Under the pieces are notes generated by a model. That model was not told the origin of the DNA. It made no database searches and saw nothing but the letters and a program-made list of their open reading frames with translations. A stretch of 64,000 nt of DNA from Syntrophomonadaceae bacterium (lineage in GTDB: Bacteria; Bacillota; Syntrophomonadia; Syntrophomonadales; DTU052), in contig JAAYEQ010000026.1 in the NCBI GenBank assembly GCA_012728655.1, forward strand, positions 28,392-92,391, given 5' to 3'. Below, piece after piece: positions 40,090 to 49,256 of this stretch. A program made the position numbers and the translations under genes. Position 1 is the first letter of the stretch. Each line of letters starts with the position of its first letter.

Positions 40090-40184
40090 CAAAACCAGGG
40101 TCATACATCGGGGGTTGGAACAGTGAATCACGGGGGATTTCCCCCCGTGATTCACCGGAAAGAGGCCCACAATCTTTCTTTACC

Positions 40185-41051
40185 CTATGATTTCGATTTC
40201 AAAACCATTTTGGTGGCGTTTAAAGCCGCTACCTGGCCTTCGCCGATTGACTTGGCGAGCTGGTACGGCGGTCCGGTGCAGTCTCCCGCCGCAAATATTC
40301 CCGGCAGGTTGGTCTCCATGTTGCGGTTAACCTTGATAAAGTTTTCGGTCAGCTCCAGACCGGGGACCAGACGTTCCGGGGAGGTTTCGGCTCCGACAAT
40401 GAATACCCCGTCCACCGGCAGTTGGCTCTTGTTGGTTTTAAGACTTTTAACCGTCTGATCGCCTTCCACGGCCAGGGGGCGTTCCCGGACCACTTTTACC
40501 TTGGCCACCACCGCAGGCTCTTTTTTATAAAGAGGAAGGTAATAGACCCGGCGGCATATCTCGCTCAAGTAGTTGGCTTCCGGTTCGGCTTCTTCGCTGT
40601 AACCGATTATGGCGACATCCTTGCCCCGGTAGAGAGGGCCGTCACAGGTGGCACAGTACCCCAGTCCTTTCCCCAGGAAATCGGCTTCGTTCTGCACGGT
40701 GTGACGGTAGGGAATACCGGTGCAGATTATTACCGTCTTGGCCCGGATCATCTTCCCCTGGGATATGATCAGGTACCCGTCCTCGTCGGGGAACACGTTA
40801 TCGGCTTTGCTCTTTATAATATCGATGCCCAGCATGGAAGCATGTCCCAGGAAAGACTGACGGAGCTCCTCGCCGCTGACGGAGGGAAAACCCAAATAGT
40901 TGTTTATTAATGACGCTTTATGCAATGGGGGGCTGCATATTTCCGTACCCAGGACAACGATATCGCGGTTCTTATTCTTGGCATTGACTGCCGCCGAGAG
41001 GCCGGCCGGTCCACATCCGATGATCCCGATTTCAAATTGGTGTTCCGACAA
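40185..41051 (-). CDS. thioredoxin-reductase-like flavoprotein lacking the canonical NADPH-binding motifs
   Basis: FAD motif GCGPAG, redox CATC (aa 133-136), C-terminal GIFAAGDC. GGGxSA is replaced by GYSEEA and HRRxxFRA by PLYKKEPA. Confidence 0.75.
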   Translation of the reverse strand: MSEHQFEIGIIGCGPAGLSAAVNAKNKNRDIVVLGTEICSPPLHKASLINNYLGFPSVSGEELRQSFLGHASMLGIDIIKSKADNVFPDEDGYLIISQGKMIRAKTVIICTGIPYRHTVQNEADFLGKGLGYCATCDGPLYRGKDVAIIGYSEEAEPEANYLSEICRRVYYLPLYKKEPAVVAKVKVVRERPLAVEGDQTVKSLKTNKSQLPVDGVFIVGAETSPERLVPGLELTENFIKVNRNMETNLPGIFAAGDCTGPPYQLAKSIGEGQVAALNATKMVLKSKS

Positions 41052-41222
41052 ACTATCACCTCCGGGTTTTTAAATACATTTTACCAGTAATCGCCTGGGG
41101 ATACTCGCATAAGTTTTTCCTGTTTTATATATGCGGCTGCTTGTTTCGCTTTTACTACGGGCGAATCATGGGGCATCAGGCGGCGTTATTCCCTTATTTT
41201 CAGGCCATTATAGAGGGTTGGC

Positions 41223-41252
41223 TTGACTTGACAGTTTACTATTAAGTAGAAT
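41223..41252 (+). promoter_or_regulatory. candidate sigmaA promoter for the riboswitch/opu operon
   Basis: TTGACT (41223-41228), 18-bp spacer, TAGAAT (41247-41252). Lies about 70 nt upstream of the riboswitch. Confidence 0.45.
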
Positions 41253-41317
41253 TTATACAAAAGTAAAATATCGTCAAACCACAATTACAAACCGTATTGG
41301 AACCATGGTATGCCATT

Positions 41318-41432
41318 CTTTTGCTTAATCTCGGCCTCGGCCGGGAGCGGGGGAACCAACATTTGGGGTGAATCCGGGTTTCCGGTAGGGCGCCCTGGCC
41401 CGAATCCGTCAGCTAACCTCGTAAGCAGTTTT
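41318..41432 (+). promoter_or_regulatory. c-di-AMP riboswitch (ydaO-yuaA class)
   Basis: GCTTAATC...GAGCGGGGGAACCAAC...GGGGTGAATCC...GGTAGGGCG...CCCGAATCCGTCAGCTAACCTCGTAAGC matches the conserved ydaO blocks as I recall them from the B. subtilis element. It precedes an osmolyte ABC operon, a typical regulon member. Confidence 0.8.
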
Positions 41433-41697
41433 AGGGGGGAATGGGGCTTTGTTCAAATACGTGCTGAAAGACTTTTTCTTTGGCTCTCTCCTTTAAAGGC
41501 ACCGTTGGTGTGGTAACACCTCTGATTTTCAAGCCCCGATAGTATTTGTTAATACTGTTTCGCACAGACTAAAACCATCCGTCGGCGGATGGCAGGTCAT
41601 GTCTTTGTACCTCCGTTGAGTTGCTGACAGTATAAAATGAATAAAATACATGCAATATCTGACATGCCATGGAGATCCAGGGAAGCGAGGTCTTGCT

Positions 41698-42825
41698 ATG
41701 GTTAAATTCAAGAATGTCGTTAAAGCCTATGAAAACCATGTAGCCGTTAAGAACCTCAATCTCGAGATCCCGGAAGGAGAACTGGTAGTCTTAATTGGTC
41801 CCAGTGGCTGCGGCAAAACCACAACCCTCAAGATGGTCAACCGCCTGATTGAGCCTACCTCGGGCAGCATTTTCATCCGTGACCGCAATGTGAAAGACCT
41901 GAACCCGGTTGCTCTGCGGCGTGAGATCGGATATGTAATCCAGCAGATTGGTCTTTTCCCCAATATGACTATCGAACAGAATATTGACGTGGTACCCAGG
42001 CTTCTGGGCTGGCCGGCGGAAAAGAGAAAACGACGGGTCTATGAACTGCTGGAAATGGTCGGTATGGATCCCGAAATCTATGCTCATCGGTATCCGAACG
42101 AGTTAAGCGGCGGACAGCAGCAGCGTATCGGAGTTTTACGGGCATTGGCGGCTGAACCGCCTTTGATTTTGATGGATGAGCCTTTTGGGGCCTTGGATCC
42201 GATTGCCCGCGAATCTTTGCAGGACGAGTTGAAGAACCTGCACTCGCGGCTTAACATAACCACCATTTTCGTGACCCATGACATGGACGAGGCTCTCAAG
42301 CTGGCGGACCGGGTGGTGGTCATGAACCAGGGAGAAGTGGTTCAGGTGGCGACTCCCGAAACGCTCCTGCGCAATCCGGCCAACGATTTTGTAGCCTCGT
42401 TTATCGGCAAGAACCGGTTAAATGGCGACAGCCTGCAGAGCGTGGTCGAGATTATGCTGCCCGATCCGGTGACAGTACACCCGCAGATGGGCTTGGCTGA
42501 AGGACTGGCTTTGATGAAGCGCAAGAAGGTGGATACGGTGCTGGTGGTGGATGAGCAGCGAAGACTCTTGGGCAGTGTTGCCGTTGAAACGCTGGATCGC
42601 GAGCATAAACGGGCCCGGACCATAGGGGAGATTATGAACCAGGATCCTCCTTTGACCACCATTCGCAGCCAGGCATCGGCCAAGGAGGCCTTTGACCTGA
42701 TTATTGGTGAGAAGCTTAAATACCTTCCCGTGCTCGATGAAAATGATGTGTTGGTGGGATTGGTAACCCGTAACAGCATGGTAAGTGCTCTGGCGTCTGC
42801 GGTTTGGGGTGATGTGGGTGAGTGA
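41698..42825 (+). CDS. glycine betaine/carnitine/choline ABC transporter ATP-binding protein with tandem CBS domains (OpuCA-like)
   Basis: Start moved to ATG 41698. Walker A GPSGCGKTT, signature LSGGQQQR, Walker B LILMDEPFGALD. C-terminal CBS pair (aa about 255-375). Confidence 0.9.
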   Translation: MVKFKNVVKAYENHVAVKNLNLEIPEGELVVLIGPSGCGKTTTLKMVNRLIEPTSGSIFIRDRNVKDLNPVALRREIGYVIQQIGLFPNMTIEQNIDVVPRLLGWPAEKRKRRVYELLEMVGMDPEIYAHRYPNELSGGQQQRIGVLRALAAEPPLILMDEPFGALDPIARESLQDELKNLHSRLNITTIFVTHDMDEALKLADRVVVMNQGEVVQVATPETLLRNPANDFVASFIGKNRLNGDSLQSVVEIMLPDPVTVHPQMGLAEGLALMKRKKVDTVLVVDEQRRLLGSVAVETLDREHKRARTIGEIMNQDPPLTTIRSQASAKEAFDLIIGEKLKYLPVLDENDVLVGLVTRNSMVSALASAVWGDVGE

Positions 42826-43456
42826 TTTCATTGATTTTATCCGGAGTAACCTCGATGTTGCCGCTGTAGCAACCTATCAGCACCTTTATCTCTCGTTTGG
42901 ATCGGTACTGTTGGGGATGCTGATAGCCGTTCCCCTGGGGATCTGGCTTTCAGACAAAGAGAGGCTGGCGGAAAAGGTGCTGGCGGTTACCGGAACCATT
43001 CAAACCGTACCCGGCCTGGCATTCCTCGGCTTGTTTTTGCCCCTGCTGGGGCTTGGGGTGGTTCCTTCGATGACGGTCTTATTCCTCTATTCGCTGCTGC
43101 CCATCCTTACCAACACCTATACCGGGATCAGGGGGGTTAACCCGGCCGTGGTTGAAGCGGGGATAGGAATGGGCATGAGTCCCAGACAGCTTCTTTTTAT
43201 GGTTAAACTCCCCTTGGCCTTTCCGGTTATCATCGCCGGTATCCGCATCGCATCCGTCTACATCGTGAGCTGGGCCACTCTGGCGGCTTTCGTCGGGGGA
43301 GGCGGCCTGGGAGACCCCATTCTTACCGGGATAATGACTGCCGATATCAATTTTATTCTTATGGGTGCGATTCCCGCCGCCTTGCTGGCACTTGCCGCCG
43401 GTTGGATACTGGGGATGGTTGAGCGGTTGGCGACCCCCAGAGGATTGAGAGGATAG
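42812..43456 (+). CDS. osmoprotectant ABC transporter permease (OpuCB/OpuCD-like)
   Basis: Start ATG 42812 overlaps the upstream stop. BPD-transporter motif EAGIGMGMSPRQLLFMVKLPLA. Confidence 0.85.
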   Translation: MWVSDFIDFIRSNLDVAAVATYQHLYLSFGSVLLGMLIAVPLGIWLSDKERLAEKVLAVTGTIQTVPGLAFLGLFLPLLGLGVVPSMTVLFLYSLLPILTNTYTGIRGVNPAVVEAGIGMGMSPRQLLFMVKLPLAFPVIIAGIRIASVYIVSWATLAAFVGGGGLGDPILTGIMTADINFILMGAIPAALLALAAGWILGMVERLATPRGLRG

Positions 43457-43490
43457 AAGAGCCTGATTGGCAAGAAACGGAGGTGAAAAC

Positions 43491-44114
43491 ATGGGGGATA
43501 TCCTTGCACTGACGGTTGAGCACCTGATGCTGTCCGCAGCCGGAGTGGGTCTGGCTCTCGTAGTCGGTATTCCGCTGGCCATCTTGATTACCCGTTACCG
43601 AACTCTAGCCGGTTTTACTATGGCGGTGACCGACGTGCTCCAGACCATTCCGTCCATGGCTCTTCTTGCGGCCTTGATGATCTATCTGGGGTTGGGGAAC
43701 CAGACCCTGGTCGTAACCCTGATGATTTACTCCCTGTTGCCGATTGTGCGCAACACCTATACCGGAATCACCGGGATTGATAAAGGGCTGATCGAAGCCG
43801 GTAAAGGTATGGGCATGACCAGATGGCAGCTTTTGCGTATGGTGCAGATACCTGTAGCTTTGCCGGTGATAATGGCAGGGATCCGGGTAGCGATGGTTAC
43901 CGCCATCGGTATTGCTACCCTGGGGGTCCTGATCGGTGGGGGAGGATTGGGCGCTCCCATTTGGAGAGGCATGCAGATTGTGGACAGTTCCATGATCCTG
44001 TCGGGTGCCATTCCGGCTGCTCTCATTGCTATTCTTTGCGAGTTCGGACTGGCCAAGCTGGAGAAGGCTGTGACTCCCCGCGGAATGAAGGCATCGTCCC
44101 CGGCAAAGAGCTAA
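43491..44114 (+). CDS. osmoprotectant ABC transporter permease (second permease)
   Basis: Start moved to ATG 43491 (SD GGAGGTG). EAGKGMGMTRWQLLRMVQIPVA. Confidence 0.85.
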   Translation: MGDILALTVEHLMLSAAGVGLALVVGIPLAILITRYRTLAGFTMAVTDVLQTIPSMALLAALMIYLGLGNQTLVVTLMIYSLLPIVRNTYTGITGIDKGLIEAGKGMGMTRWQLLRMVQIPVALPVIMAGIRVAMVTAIGIATLGVLIGGGGLGAPIWRGMQIVDSSMILSGAIPAALIAILCEFGLAKLEKAVTPRGMKASSPAKS

Positions 44115-44283
44115 TCGGGAGGGGGCGACCCGTTCGGCGGCTGCAGCGGGCGGCACCGGCTTAAACGGATGGTGGTGCGTTTCCGGTAGGCATTATTGTT
44201 GTCTGCCCGGTGAGAGAGTACGGGCATTGAGTCTGTGTTCCTATTGGGTTGGAGTTGGTTTATATGTGAGAGGAGGTTGTAAA

Positions 44284-45183
44284 ATGCGAAAAAGATTAAG
44301 GAGATTTTTTTCTCTGCTGGTGATAGCCGGACTCTTGATCGGTACAGTCAGCGGTTGCGGGGGTGATGGTGCTGACAAGATTACCGTGGGGTCGAAGAAC
44401 TTCACGGAGAATATCCTGCTCGGGGAAATAATGGCCCAGTTGATTGAGAACAAGACCGATCTCAAGGTGGAGCGCAAGCTGAATCTCGGCGGGACCCTGG
44501 TTGCCTGGGAGGCTCTGAAAAAAGGAGACCTGGATTTATATCCGGAATACACCGGCACGGCGCTGATGGCGATACTGAAAAAAGAAGTGATGTACGATGC
44601 TGATGAGGTCTATAACTTGGTGCAGAAAGAGTACAATGAGCAGTTCCAGGTTAAATGGCTAAAGCCCTTCGGGTTCAACAATACCTATGCTACGGCTGTA
44701 ACCCGTGAGATGGCGGAAAAGTATAATCTGGTGAAAACTTCGGACCTTAAGCCGTACGCCAAAGACCTGGTGTTTTGTGCGGAGCAGGAATTCTTCAACC
44801 GCGATGACGGTTATGACGGCTTTGTTAAAACCTATAATCTCCAATTCAAGGATAAGAGAGCGGTGGAGACCGCCCTTAAGTATCAGGCGGTAGCCGAGGG
44901 CAAGGTGCAAGTAATTGATGCCTTCTCCACCGACGGCGAGTTGGTCACCTACGACATGGTGATACTGGAGGATGACAAGGGTTTCTTCCCGCCGTATCAC
45001 GGTGCGCCAATAATCCGTATGGATACCCTGGAAAAATACCCGGAACTCGAGGAAGTGCTAAACCTCCTGGCGGGCCAGATCTCGGATACCGAGATGCAGC
45101 AACTGAATTACCAGGTGAAAGAGCAGAAAAAGGATGCGGCCGAGGTGGCGACCAAGTTCCTGCAGGATAAGGGCTTGATTTAG
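44284..45183 (+). CDS. glycine betaine/choline-binding lipoprotein (OpuCC/OpuBC family)
   Basis: Start moved to ATG 44284 (SD GAGGAGG). Lipobox VSGC. ITVGSKNFTENILLGEIMAQL...LYPEYTGT. Confidence 0.85.
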   Translation: MRKRLRRFFSLLVIAGLLIGTVSGCGGDGADKITVGSKNFTENILLGEIMAQLIENKTDLKVERKLNLGGTLVAWEALKKGDLDLYPEYTGTALMAILKKEVMYDADEVYNLVQKEYNEQFQVKWLKPFGFNNTYATAVTREMAEKYNLVKTSDLKPYAKDLVFCAEQEFFNRDDGYDGFVKTYNLQFKDKRAVETALKYQAVAEGKVQVIDAFSTDGELVTYDMVILEDDKGFFPPYHGAPIIRMDTLEKYPELEEVLNLLAGQISDTEMQQLNYQVKEQKKDAAEVATKFLQDKGLI

Positions 45184-45223
45184 AACTTCGGTCGGATAAG
45201 ACCGGCGGTAACGGATTGTGCAG

Positions 45224-45277
45224 ATCGGCAAAGGTTTCACGGGCAAAGGCTCCCTTGAACCTTTGCCGATTTTGGTT
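45224..45277 (+). terminator. intrinsic terminator of the opu operon
   Basis: 13-bp perfect stem ATCGGCAAAGGTT / AACCTTTGCCGAT followed by TTTTGGTT. Confidence 0.7.
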
Positions 45278-45373
45278 CGTATTAGGAAATTACAACTCAA
45301 AGGGATTTTGATAATTGACGTAGAATCCTCAATTAATAAGTGTTGGTTGTTATCGGAAAAAAACAGAGGAGGA

Positions 45374-46162
45374 ATGACATTGGCGGAGTACAAAAACCTG
45401 TTGCTGGCAAAAGAAGGCCCGATAGCCATCATGACCATCAATCGCGCGGACAAGTTTAACACCCTGGGGCCGGATGTCTGGCGGGAGATGGAGCAGGTGG
45501 AACGGGAAATCGAGGAGATGGAAGACCTGCGGGCGGTAATAATCAATGCCGCCGGACCCCACTTCTCCGCGGGGATAGACCTTAACGTTCTCGGTACCTT
45601 CAATTCGGAGGTGGTAATGAAAACCGTATCCTGGTCGCAGAAAGTGTACTCGAAGTGGGAAGAACTCCAGGTTCCCGTAATTGCTGCGGTGCAGGGTATC
45701 TGTTACGGTTCGGGTACCGAGCTGATCCTGGCCTGTGACATCCGCATCGCCGCCAGGAACGCACGCATCGCCATACCCGAGGTTCGCTTCGGGCTGGCCC
45801 CTGATATGGGAGGAACCACCCGTCTCACCAAACTGGTCGGAGCCGGTCAGGCCAAGCGCATGATAATCGCATGTGAGGAAGTTGATGCAGAGGAAGCCAA
45901 GAGCATCGGCCTGGTGGAGAAAGTGGTGGATAACGACAAGCTTATGGAAGAGGCCATGAAATTGGCGCAGAAGATTGCAGACATGCCGCCGGTGGCGGTG
46001 AAGATGGCCAAGAAGGGAATCAACCTGGCGGTGGAGAGCAGCCGCATGGCCGGTCTGCTGTTTGAGCAGGCGCAATCGATTTACTGCTGCGGCACCCGCG
46101 ACATGAAGGAAGCGGTGGCGGCTTTCTTTGAGAAGAGAAAACCCACTTTTGAAGGCCGCTAG
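45374..46162 (+). CDS. enoyl-CoA hydratase/isomerase (crotonase) family protein
   Basis: IAIMTINRADKFNTL...FSAGIDL...GICYGSGTELILACDIRIA. The start may instead be TTG 45380, which gives better SD spacing. Confidence 0.85.
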   Translation: MTLAEYKNLLLAKEGPIAIMTINRADKFNTLGPDVWREMEQVEREIEEMEDLRAVIINAAGPHFSAGIDLNVLGTFNSEVVMKTVSWSQKVYSKWEELQVPVIAAVQGICYGSGTELILACDIRIAARNARIAIPEVRFGLAPDMGGTTRLTKLVGAGQAKRMIIACEEVDAEEAKSIGLVEKVVDNDKLMEEAMKLAQKIADMPPVAVKMAKKGINLAVESSRMAGLLFEQAQSIYCCGTRDMKEAVAAFFEKRKPTFEGR

Positions 46163-46473
46163 TATAAAAGAGCAGCCGGAGGCACGAAGGGGCGGAGCAG
46201 GATAAACCCTGTCTTTGAGGGCCGTGAGCCGGAAACATAACGAACCGGACCTGACGGAAACCGGTCCGATTTGTCTTCTCGTTTAGGGAAGATAAACCGG
46301 CCCGGCACGGTTTTTGACCCCGAACGGTATGTGCCGGACGGAAGGTCGCTGCGGAGCCACCGGCAGGGAATTGGCTTAAAAATAGAAAGAGAAATGCCCC
46401 CAGTTTCACGAGAACATTTCTCCGATTTAACCTATCCGAATCCCGGCAATTTGCCGAAGGACGTGAGCCGGTC

Positions 46474-47328
46474 CTAGTCTTCCTTGAATTTCGGTTCCGG
46501 TGACCAGGGATAGAAATCCGGCATATCCCTCTCTGGGCTCATCGTGAAATTCGGCGGCCTCTTTTCCAGGAAGGCGTTGATACCTTCAGCAGCGTCCGCC
46601 TTCGGTCCCAGGTAGTGGAAGCATTTGGACTCCACGCGGTGTGCCTCCATGGGATGACTGGCTCCCAGCATGGTCCACATGAGCTGGCGGGTAAGCGCCA
46701 CCGATACCGGTGCGGTGTTCTGAGCGATATCCAGGGCGATGGACCGGGCGGTGGGCATTACCTCTTCCGGAGGCACCAGATGGGTCACCAAACGGCGTTC
46801 ATACGCCTCCTCCGCTGAGAAGATCCTCCCGGTCAGGCCCCATTCCAGAGCCTGACTTATGCCCACGATCCGGGGCAAAAAGTAGGAGGCGCAGGCATCT
46901 ATGACCACACCCCGCCGGACGAACACTATCCCCAGTTTTGCGGTGTTTGCGACTACGCGGATGTCCATGGGCAAAGTCATCGTTAACCCGACACCTACAG
47001 CATGGCCATTGATGGCGGCAATGATCGGCTTTTTCAACCGGAAGATGCGCAGTGCCAGGATGCCTCCGCCATCGCGGTGCTCGTCCTGAGGAACGTCATT
47101 ATAGTTGAAAGTGGACTCTCTGCCCCCCAAATCGGAACCGGCGCAGAAGGCTTTCCCGGCACCGGTAACAATAATTGCTCTTATATCGTCATCCTTCTCC
47201 GCTTGATCCAGAGCATCAATGATCTCTTCGCGCATATCCTCGGTGTAGGCGTTCATGCGTTCGGGACGGTTAAGGGTGATGGTTAGTATCCGTTCTGCAG
47301 ATTCGACCTTGATCTGTTCGTACTTCAA
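46474..47328 (-). CDS. enoyl-CoA hydratase/isomerase family protein
   Basis: ILTITLNRPERMNAY...AIIVTGAGKAFCAGSDL...INGHAVGVGLTMTLPMDIRV. Confidence 0.85.
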   Translation of the reverse strand: MKYEQIKVESAERILTITLNRPERMNAYTEDMREEIIDALDQAEKDDDIRAIIVTGAGKAFCAGSDLGGRESTFNYNDVPQDEHRDGGGILALRIFRLKKPIIAAINGHAVGVGLTMTLPMDIRVVANTAKLGIVFVRRGVVIDACASYFLPRIVGISQALEWGLTGRIFSAEEAYERRLVTHLVPPEEVMPTARSIALDIAQNTAPVSVALTRQLMWTMLGASHPMEAHRVESKCFHYLGPKADAAEGINAFLEKRPPNFTMSPERDMPDFYPWSPEPKFKED

Positions 47329-47484
47329 AACGGGTTCCTCCTTACAGTTTATCTAAGGAATATTATATCACTTGCAAAACCCGTCCTCCGGCATGGCGCC
47401 GCCGATCACCTGTCCCGAGGGTTATTTATCCGACGCCGGTTTTGGGGTAAGTGTTATGCCAATCATGGTGTAGGAGGTTTATCC

Positions 47485-48648
47485 TCAGTAAGCCGCCCGC
47501 AGGATGGCCAGAACATCGCTCCGGTTAAGCTGCCCGAAGGCTCCCAGCGGCTGCCGGTTGGCGGTTACCTGGTCTGCCATTTCTTCGAGCCTGCTCTCTT
47601 CAACTCCGACTTCCCGCAGGTTGGCGGCCAGTCCGAGGGAACGGAAGAAGGCGGCCGTCTTCTCAATTCCGAGCGAAGCCACCACCATATCATCATCCCC
47701 CACGATATCCCAAACCCTTCTGGCGTAGTCCGCCAGTTTGGGCGCAGTTCTTGCGCTCAGTATATGCCGCATCCAGTGGGGGGTGAGGATGGCCAATCCC
47801 ACACCATGGGTAACGTCATAAAGGGCACTGATGACGTGCTCAATCTCATGTACGCCCCAATCGGTCTCCCGACCGGTGCTGAGCAAACCGTTCAAGGCCA
47901 CGGTACCGGTCCACATCAGGTTGGCTCGGGCTTCGTAATCATTTGGTTCGGCAATGGCAATCGGTGCATAATGAATGCAGGTTTTGAGCATGGCTTCCGC
48001 CATCCGGTCTACGATGAAACCGCCGGGAGTGGGGCTGAAATACTGTTCGAACACGTGGCTCATGATGTCCGCGGTACCGGCGGCCGTTTGCAATGGGGGA
48101 ACGGTGAAGGTTAGAGTAGGATCGAGTATCGAAAAACGAGGGTAGAGGTGTCTGCTGCTGATATCCAACTTCTGTCCGGTATCCTCATTGCTGATTACCG
48201 CGTTGGCGTTCATCTCCGATCCGGTAGCCGCCAGGGTAAGCACGGTTCCAATGGGCAGAGCCCCGGTAATGCGGGCATTGTGAATAAAGAAATCCCAGGG
48301 ATCACCTTCGTAATTGACACCGGCCGCGATGATCTTGGCACAATCGATGACGCTCCCACCACCTACTGCCAGTACCAGCTCCACCTGGTTATCGCGGCAC
48401 AGCTTGACCCCCTCGCGGACACTGGTAATACGGGGGTTGGGCTGTACACCGGAGAGCTCCACATATGATATGCCGTTGCTGTTGAGGCTCTCGATAACCC
48501 GGTCATAAAGGCCGGTCTTCTTTATACTGCCGCCGCCGTATACGAGGAGCACCCGGTTACCGTATTTGCGCACCTCCTTGCCCAGTTCGCTTATCCGGTC
48601 GCGCCCGAAGAGTATGCGGGTGGGTAATTGAAAATTGAAATTTAACAC
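47485..48648 (-). CDS. iron-containing alcohol dehydrogenase (butanol dehydrogenase/YqhD-like)
   Basis: LLVYGGGSIKK, AVGGGSVIDCAK, and the metal-binding His cluster HVISALYDVTHGVGLA. Confidence 0.85.
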   Translation of the reverse strand: MLNFNFQLPTRILFGRDRISELGKEVRKYGNRVLLVYGGGSIKKTGLYDRVIESLNSNGISYVELSGVQPNPRITSVREGVKLCRDNQVELVLAVGGGSVIDCAKIIAAGVNYEGDPWDFFIHNARITGALPIGTVLTLAATGSEMNANAVISNEDTGQKLDISSRHLYPRFSILDPTLTFTVPPLQTAAGTADIMSHVFEQYFSPTPGGFIVDRMAEAMLKTCIHYAPIAIAEPNDYEARANLMWTGTVALNGLLSTGRETDWGVHEIEHVISALYDVTHGVGLAILTPHWMRHILSARTAPKLADYARRVWDIVGDDDMVVASLGIEKTAAFFRSLGLAANLREVGVEESRLEEMADQVTANRQPLGAFGQLNRSDVLAILRAAY

Positions 48649-48852
48649 CTTGATTCCCTCCTGTTTATATCCTTTTATCGCACGGTTTTAAGTTCGATGA
48701 GGTCGGTTGGAGGCCAACTCTGGTATTAAGTTTTTCCATGATTAAGTCAAAACCATTCGACGATATGCCAGGCTTTTCCTCCCGGCCGTAACGGGTATGA
48801 CCCGGTTGGTTCGCACCCCGCCGGGTAGCTGAATAAGTTGTGCCATAGTACC

Positions 48853-48881
48853 TTGACAAACATAGTACTATTTCATAAACT
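48853..48881 (+). promoter_or_regulatory. candidate sigmaA promoter of the padR operon with overlapping repeat (possible operator)
   Basis: TTGACA (48853-48858), 17-bp spacer, TAAACT (48876-48881). CATAGTAC occurs twice (48844-48851 and 48861-68). Palindrome ATAGTACTAT lies inside the spacer. Confidence 0.45.
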
Positions 48882-48899
48882 ATACCTAAGGAGGCAAGG

Positions 48900-49256
48900 A
48901 TGATGAGTTCCACCATCTCTACCGATATCATACGGGGTCACACCGACACTATAATCCTCAACATCCTGCGGCAGGGTGACAGCTACGGGTATGAGATTTA
49001 CAAAAGGATCATACAGCTTTCCGGTCAACGCTATGAGTTGAAGGAGGCTACCCTGTATACGGCCTTTCGCAGGCTGGAAAAGGAAGGTTTTATCGTGTCT
49101 TACTGGGGGGACGAAACCCAGGGGGGACGCCGCAAGTACTATCGCATAACCGAAGAGGGAAGGAAACACTACGAAAGGAACGTCAAGGACTGGGACTTTG
49201 CGAAGGATATTCTGGAAACATTGATCAAGGGGGGTATTGAGGATGTCCGGGAATGA
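48900..49256 (+). CDS. padR: PadR family transcriptional regulator
   Basis: ILNILRQGDSYGYEIYKRI...YTAFRRLEKEGFIVSYW...GRRKYYRITEEG. Confidence 0.9.
   Translation: MMSSTISTDIIRGHTDTIILNILRQGDSYGYEIYKRIIQLSGQRYELKEATLYTAFRRLEKEGFIVSYWGDETQGGRRKYYRITEEGRKHYERNVKDWDFAKDILETLIKGGIEDVRE

Noticed and set aside
41318-41432. Alternative reading of the leader as a cobalamin, TPP or FMN riboswitch (GGTGAATCC and CCCGAA...CTAAC-like strings)
   Set aside because: It lacks the B12 box, the TPP CTGAGA element and the FMN CCGGCGGT pattern. The full block set matches the ydaO/c-di-AMP class instead.
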